From NCBI GenBank assembly GCA_965116925.1, contig OZ220744.1, positions 1,952,001-2,016,000 on the forward strand: DNA of 64,000 bases. Reading direction: 5' to 3'. Of the stretch, positions 60,130-64,000 are shown one piece after another. The position numbers and the translations under genes were made by a program. How positions within the stretch are numbered: the first letter of the stretch is position 1; the number at the start of each line of letters is the position of its first letter. The notes beneath the pieces were generated by a model. That model worked only from the letters and a program-made list of their open reading frames with translations, did not search any database and was not told the origin of the DNA. The DNA is from Candidatus Poribacteria bacterium. GTDB taxonomy: Bacteria; Poribacteria; WGA-4E; PCPOR2b.

Positions 60130-60867
60130 ATGATAACCACGCCAGACATTGAACGCCCTCCCAAACAACTTATTGAAACCCTCTCCTCTATCAGCAGCGC
60201 TACCGCTGCCGGTGAGCTTTGTCGCCTCGGTATCCGTGACCCTCAAATCTTGGGGCCCGTTCCTCGCACCCCCGGCAAGGTAGTTGTTGGTCCAGCACTC
60301 ACCCTGCAATTTATGCCCAAACGCGAAGACATCTACGCTGTCGATGAATATAACGATCCCGAAAAACAGCTGCACCGCCACGCGCTCTATCACACCCAAC
60401 CCGGCGATATCATCGTTGTTGATGCGAGGGGCGATATGAGCAGCGGCGTTTTCGGGGAGATGATGTTGACCTTCTTTAAGGGGCGTGGTGGCATCGGTGC
60501 AATCGTAGATGGTTGTATCCGGGACTTTCCATACGCACAGACTCTGGGGTTGGGATTGTGGCTGAAGGGGACAACCCCCAATTTCCATACGCAAACGAAC
60601 ATCTATCCCTACGCGGTCAACGTTCCGGTTGCGTGCGGGGACACCTTGATTATGCCGGGGGATATCATTGTGGCTGATGATGACGGTGCCGTTGTGGTTC
60701 CGATTAAGCTAGCGCCGGAGTTGTGTGAAAAAGCCACCGCCCACTCTGAATGGGAGGATTTCAGTCGCATGAAGCTTGCGGAAGGTGGTCATTTGCGTAA
60801 ATACTATCCCCTCAACGATGAGGCGCGGGCAGAGTACGAAGAGTGGCGCGAAGCCCAAGAAAAATAA
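60130..60867 (+). CDS. RraA/HMG aldolase family protein
   Basis: GPALTL, GDIIVVDA.G, FGEMM, DGCIRD, PGDIIVADDDG.VVVP; start at ATG 60130. Confidence 0.88.
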   Translation: MITTPDIERPPKQLIETLSSISSATAAGELCRLGIRDPQILGPVPRTPGKVVVGPALTLQFMPKREDIYAVDEYNDPEKQLHRHALYHTQPGDIIVVDARGDMSSGVFGEMMLTFFKGRGGIGAIVDGCIRDFPYAQTLGLGLWLKGTTPNFHTQTNIYPYAVNVPVACGDTLIMPGDIIVADDDGAVVVPIKLAPELCEKATAHSEWEDFSRMKLAEGGHLRKYYPLNDEARAEYEEWREAQEK

Positions 60868-60894
60868 ACCGTCAAAGGACCTTTTATAAGGAGA

Positions 60895-61026
60895 CGCTTG
60901 TGTTAAGATTTAGTGCAAAGAAACCGAATGTTCGTAGGGGTTGGGTCACCCAACCCTTACGGTGGGCGGAGAGACCCCGCCCCTACGATTTCGCTTCGCG
61001 TTTTGCACTTTCTTTTTATATGAGCC
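60895..61026. mobile_element. MITE, GGCTCATG family, containing GTAG REP hairpins
   Basis: Direct repeat ATAAGGAGA at 60886-60894 and 61027-61035. Confidence 0.7.
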
Positions 61027-61041
61027 ATAAGGAGAAAATCA

Positions 61042-62664
61042 ATGTCAGATACAAGTAAGATAGGTTGGAACGCTGTCAGCAAGACGGGTGCCGTTGCTGC
61101 AGGTGGTGCTGGTGCTGTTGATGCCGGGATTCAGATCTTGGAAGCAGGCGGTAATGCAGCGGATGCAGCCGCGGGAACGATTCTCGCGCTGAATGTCACA
61201 GACCATATTGCCTGCTCTATCGGCGGTGAGGTGCCAGTGCTTATTTTTGATGCAGAAAAGGGGGAGGTCAAGTCACTTTCAGGTCAGGGACGTGCGCCGC
61301 TTTCACAAGAAGCCATCGATTGGTATATGAAAAACGGCATCCCAGCTGGTGATATGAAGATGGCACCTGTCCCCTCGGTTGTTGATCTGTGCATCACGAT
61401 GCTCCAACAGTATGGAACAAAGTCGTTTGAGGAAATCGTGGCACCGACACTTGCGCTTCTAGACGCTGGCGACGAGGATTGGCATCCCAATCTTGCGGTC
61501 ACGTTACGCCGGATGGTTGAGGAGGAACAGATCACGGACGGAGATCGCAAGACGAAGCTGCAAGCGGCAACCGACCGATTTTATGGACGAAACAAGTATC
61601 GCAACGACATTGCGGAGGAGTTGGAAGCCTTTTATATCAAGAAAGGCGGATTCCTTCGTAGGGAGGATCTTGCCGCCCATACCACGCTAATCGAGGAGCC
61701 CGTGAAGGTGGACTACCGAGGGTATACGGTGTATAAGTGTGGAACATGGACGCAGGGACCTTATCTCTGTCAGGCGTTGCGTCTGCTCGAAGGCTTTGAT
61801 TTGAATGGCATGGGACACTTCTCGGCAGATTATGTCCACGTAGTTACGGAAGCGATCAAGTTAGCGATGGCGGATCGCGACGAATACTACGGCGATCCGG
61901 TCTTTGTGGAGGTCCCGATGGACGGGTTGCTATCCGATGCCTACACTGAGATTCGTCGTCCGTTGATCGATATGCAAAAGGCATCGCTGGAAGCCCGTCC
62001 GGGCGATATAGAAAACATGAAGCCGCTGAAGGAAGGAGGCGCGTTTAGGCCAGGGGTTGGTGGCACGACCACCTGTGTCGTTGCTGATCGCTGGGGTAAT
62101 GTAGTTTCTGCCACGCCTTCTGCCAATGTCTACCGTGAAGAAGGTATGGGTGGATCAACGGGGGTCAGCTTTGGAAACCGCTTGAGAAGTCTCAACACGG
62201 TTCCGGGACACCCAAACTGTATCCAACCCGGAAAACGTCCCCGCATCACACTGACACCCACGCTTGTGCTGAAAGATGGTAGTCCAATTTTGGCGATTAG
62301 CGTCGCTGGCGGCGACTTGCAGGATCAAGCAACCCTGAATCTACTCCTTGATTTTATCGAGTTTGATATGCAACCAGAGGATGCTGTTATTGCGCCACGC
62401 TTCGCTACAGCACATCACGAAGATTCGTTCGATCCAAATCCAAACCGTGAAGAGGCATTCATTCGAGCAGGTGCCTTGACTGTCAGTGATACGGTGGATT
62501 TGAGCGTTCAGCAAGAGTTGATGCGGCGTGGACATCAGCTTGAAGCGCGGTCGGGTGCAATCGCGACGCCTGTAATGCTCTCTATTGACCAAGATAGCGG
62601 CACACTCTATGCTGCCGGCGATCCTGCTGCGAACCGTCATGCGGCTGGGTTAGACGATGAATGA
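61042..62664 (+). CDS. Gamma-glutamyltransferase family protein
   Basis: GGNAADAA, LAMADR..YYGDP, GTTTCVVADRWGN, PGKRPRITLTP, GGDLQDQ. Confidence 0.88.
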   Translation: MSDTSKIGWNAVSKTGAVAAGGAGAVDAGIQILEAGGNAADAAAGTILALNVTDHIACSIGGEVPVLIFDAEKGEVKSLSGQGRAPLSQEAIDWYMKNGIPAGDMKMAPVPSVVDLCITMLQQYGTKSFEEIVAPTLALLDAGDEDWHPNLAVTLRRMVEEEQITDGDRKTKLQAATDRFYGRNKYRNDIAEELEAFYIKKGGFLRREDLAAHTTLIEEPVKVDYRGYTVYKCGTWTQGPYLCQALRLLEGFDLNGMGHFSADYVHVVTEAIKLAMADRDEYYGDPVFVEVPMDGLLSDAYTEIRRPLIDMQKASLEARPGDIENMKPLKEGGAFRPGVGGTTTCVVADRWGNVVSATPSANVYREEGMGGSTGVSFGNRLRSLNTVPGHPNCIQPGKRPRITLTPTLVLKDGSPILAISVAGGDLQDQATLNLLLDFIEFDMQPEDAVIAPRFATAHHEDSFDPNPNREEAFIRAGALTVSDTVDLSVQQELMRRGHQLEARSGAIATPVMLSIDQDSGTLYAAGDPAANRHAAGLDDE

Positions 62665-62676
62665 GAGGAAATCGAA

Positions 62677-63660
62677 ATGGCTGAACGACTGACTGTCCTG
62701 TTTTTGCCTCACCCGCTCGGGCCCTCCATGCTTAAACCGGCGAAGGAGGATGTAGTGGCTGCGATCGGGGACCACCACGATTTGCGTATTTTGGATTATG
62801 ACCAACCCATCGCCCCGCAGTTTGATGGAGTTGATGTGGTCATTGATCACGGCGGTTCAGCGGGCACACGAGAGATGGCTGATGCAGCAGCGGGAACGGT
62901 GCGTCTCTGGCAGATTCTTGGAACCGGCTTTGACCACTTTGATTTGGAGTACTGGCACTCGAAGAACCTAGCTGTGGCGAACTGTCCGGGGATTTTCAGT
63001 GCTGTGGCGTTGGCAGAATGTGCGATGATGTTCATCCTCATGCTTGCCCGACAATATCCTGTCACTCAAACCAATCTGAAGCAGGGAGACCTATACAGAC
63101 CGGTAGGAATGGAGCTTGATGGACTGAAGTTAGGGATTATCGGCTTTGGTGCTAGTGGGATAGAACTGGCGCGTCGAGCTGCGCCCTTTGGCTTAAAAAT
63201 GTCTGCGATTGATATCCGCGATGTAGGGTCGGCTGAAGTGGACGAATTCGGCTTGGAATTTGTCGGAAAACCGGAGGATTTGGACGCAGTCATCGCCACG
63301 TCCGATTTTCTATCGCTACATCTACATCTCAACGATGAGACACGCCATATCATTGATGCACGTCGCTTGGGTTTGATGAAATCAACGGCGTTTCTGATCA
63401 ATGTTGCACGGGGAGCATTGGTGGATGAAGCAGCCCTAATCAAAGCACTGGAGTCTGAGCAAATCGGTGGTGCTGGGTTGGATGTGTTCGGGCAGGAGCC
63501 GCCCGATCTCGATTCGGTCATCTTCAGCCTGCCAAACGTGATTGCGACGCCACATATTTCAGGGGGCACGGATGGCACTTCGCGGAAACGGGCGGGGGCG
63601 GCGGCGGGGAATGTTGACAGGATAGCAGCGGGATTAGAGCCGTTGTACCTCATATCTTGA
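62677..63660 (+). CDS. D-isomer-specific 2-hydroxyacid dehydrogenase
   Basis: GFGASG, INVARG, GAGLDVF..EP, TPHISG. Confidence 0.88.
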   Translation: MAERLTVLFLPHPLGPSMLKPAKEDVVAAIGDHHDLRILDYDQPIAPQFDGVDVVIDHGGSAGTREMADAAAGTVRLWQILGTGFDHFDLEYWHSKNLAVANCPGIFSAVALAECAMMFILMLARQYPVTQTNLKQGDLYRPVGMELDGLKLGIIGFGASGIELARRAAPFGLKMSAIDIRDVGSAEVDEFGLEFVGKPEDLDAVIATSDFLSLHLHLNDETRHIIDARRLGLMKSTAFLINVARGALVDEAALIKALESEQIGGAGLDVFGQEPPDLDSVIFSLPNVIATPHISGGTDGTSRKRAGAAAGNVDRIAAGLEPLYLIS

Positions 63661-63766
63661 GAAAATTCCTCCATGCGTAATGCGTGCAGGTAAAGAAACC
63701 GAGCTTTTTCGGAAAAACTCGGTTTCTTCCGAGGCACCCCGACGACATGAACCACAAAAGGTTTGA

Positions 63767-64000
63767 ATGTTTACGAGGAACCCAGAAAATCGTATCCTGA
63801 ACAAGCGAATTCTCAGCCTCGCTATCCCCAACATTATCAGCAATTTGTCGGTGCCGATGCTGAGTGCCGTTGACACCGCGCTGATGGGGCGGTTAGAAAA
63901 TGAGCAGTATCTCGGTGCCATCGCCATCGGCGGTATCATCTTCGGGTTCGTGTACTGGGGATTTAGTTTCCTGCGGATGGGTGTCACCGGACTGACAGCA
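63767..64000 (+). CDS. MATE family efflux transporter (DinF-like), 5' part
   Basis: Manual translation: ILSLAIPNIISNLSVPMLSAVDTALMGRL...YWGFSFLRMG.TGLTA; open to the window edge. Confidence 0.85.
   Translation, partial: MFTRNPENRILNKRILSLAIPNIISNLSVPMLSAVDTALMGRLENEQYLGAIAIGGIIFGFVYWGFSFLRMGVTGLTA

Noticed and set aside
63066..63987. Minus-strand ORFs of 229 and 117 aa, and similar antisense ORFs across the window
   Set aside because: Shadow frames of well-supported genes on the opposite strand
1..64000. CRISPR array, tRNA or rRNA genes
   Set aside because: The repeats are dispersed palindromes and MITEs, not regularly spaced direct repeats; no tRNA or rRNA signature was recognised by eye

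Overview
A 64-kb stretch of bacterial chromosome. The gene repertoire suggests Candidatus Poribacteria or a relative (inference): PhyH dioxygenases, DUF4159, large DUF6785/6784-type membrane proteins, and many secreted proteins ending in a 'VEPxxKLxTTWGxxK' motif and/or an 'LxQNFPNPFNPETWIPY' FlgD-Ig-like tail. About 53 CDS are present, including mutY, mutS, hisA, class I aldolase, polyprenyl synthetase and many catabolic oxidoreductases and hydrolases. Main points: (1) a complete non-autonomous IS200/IS605 OMEGA element (IsrB plus omegaRNA, 33120-34410) sits exactly between the ribosome-binding site and the ATG of an FAH-family gene, so its guide and NTGA-type TAM can be read from the sequence; (2) a 12-kb array of secreted beta-propeller proteins shares a modular C-terminal motif; (3) a DUF2089 gene is paired with an HTH-less sigma54-activator ATPase, possibly forming a split enhancer-binding protein; (4) an AT-rich two-gene islet encodes a frameshifted ART-like protein and a DUF6575-like protein; (5) several MITE/REP families are nested, with readable target-site duplications. 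No rRNA, tRNA or CRISPR array was recognised. All family assignments come from motif recognition by eye; no searches were run.
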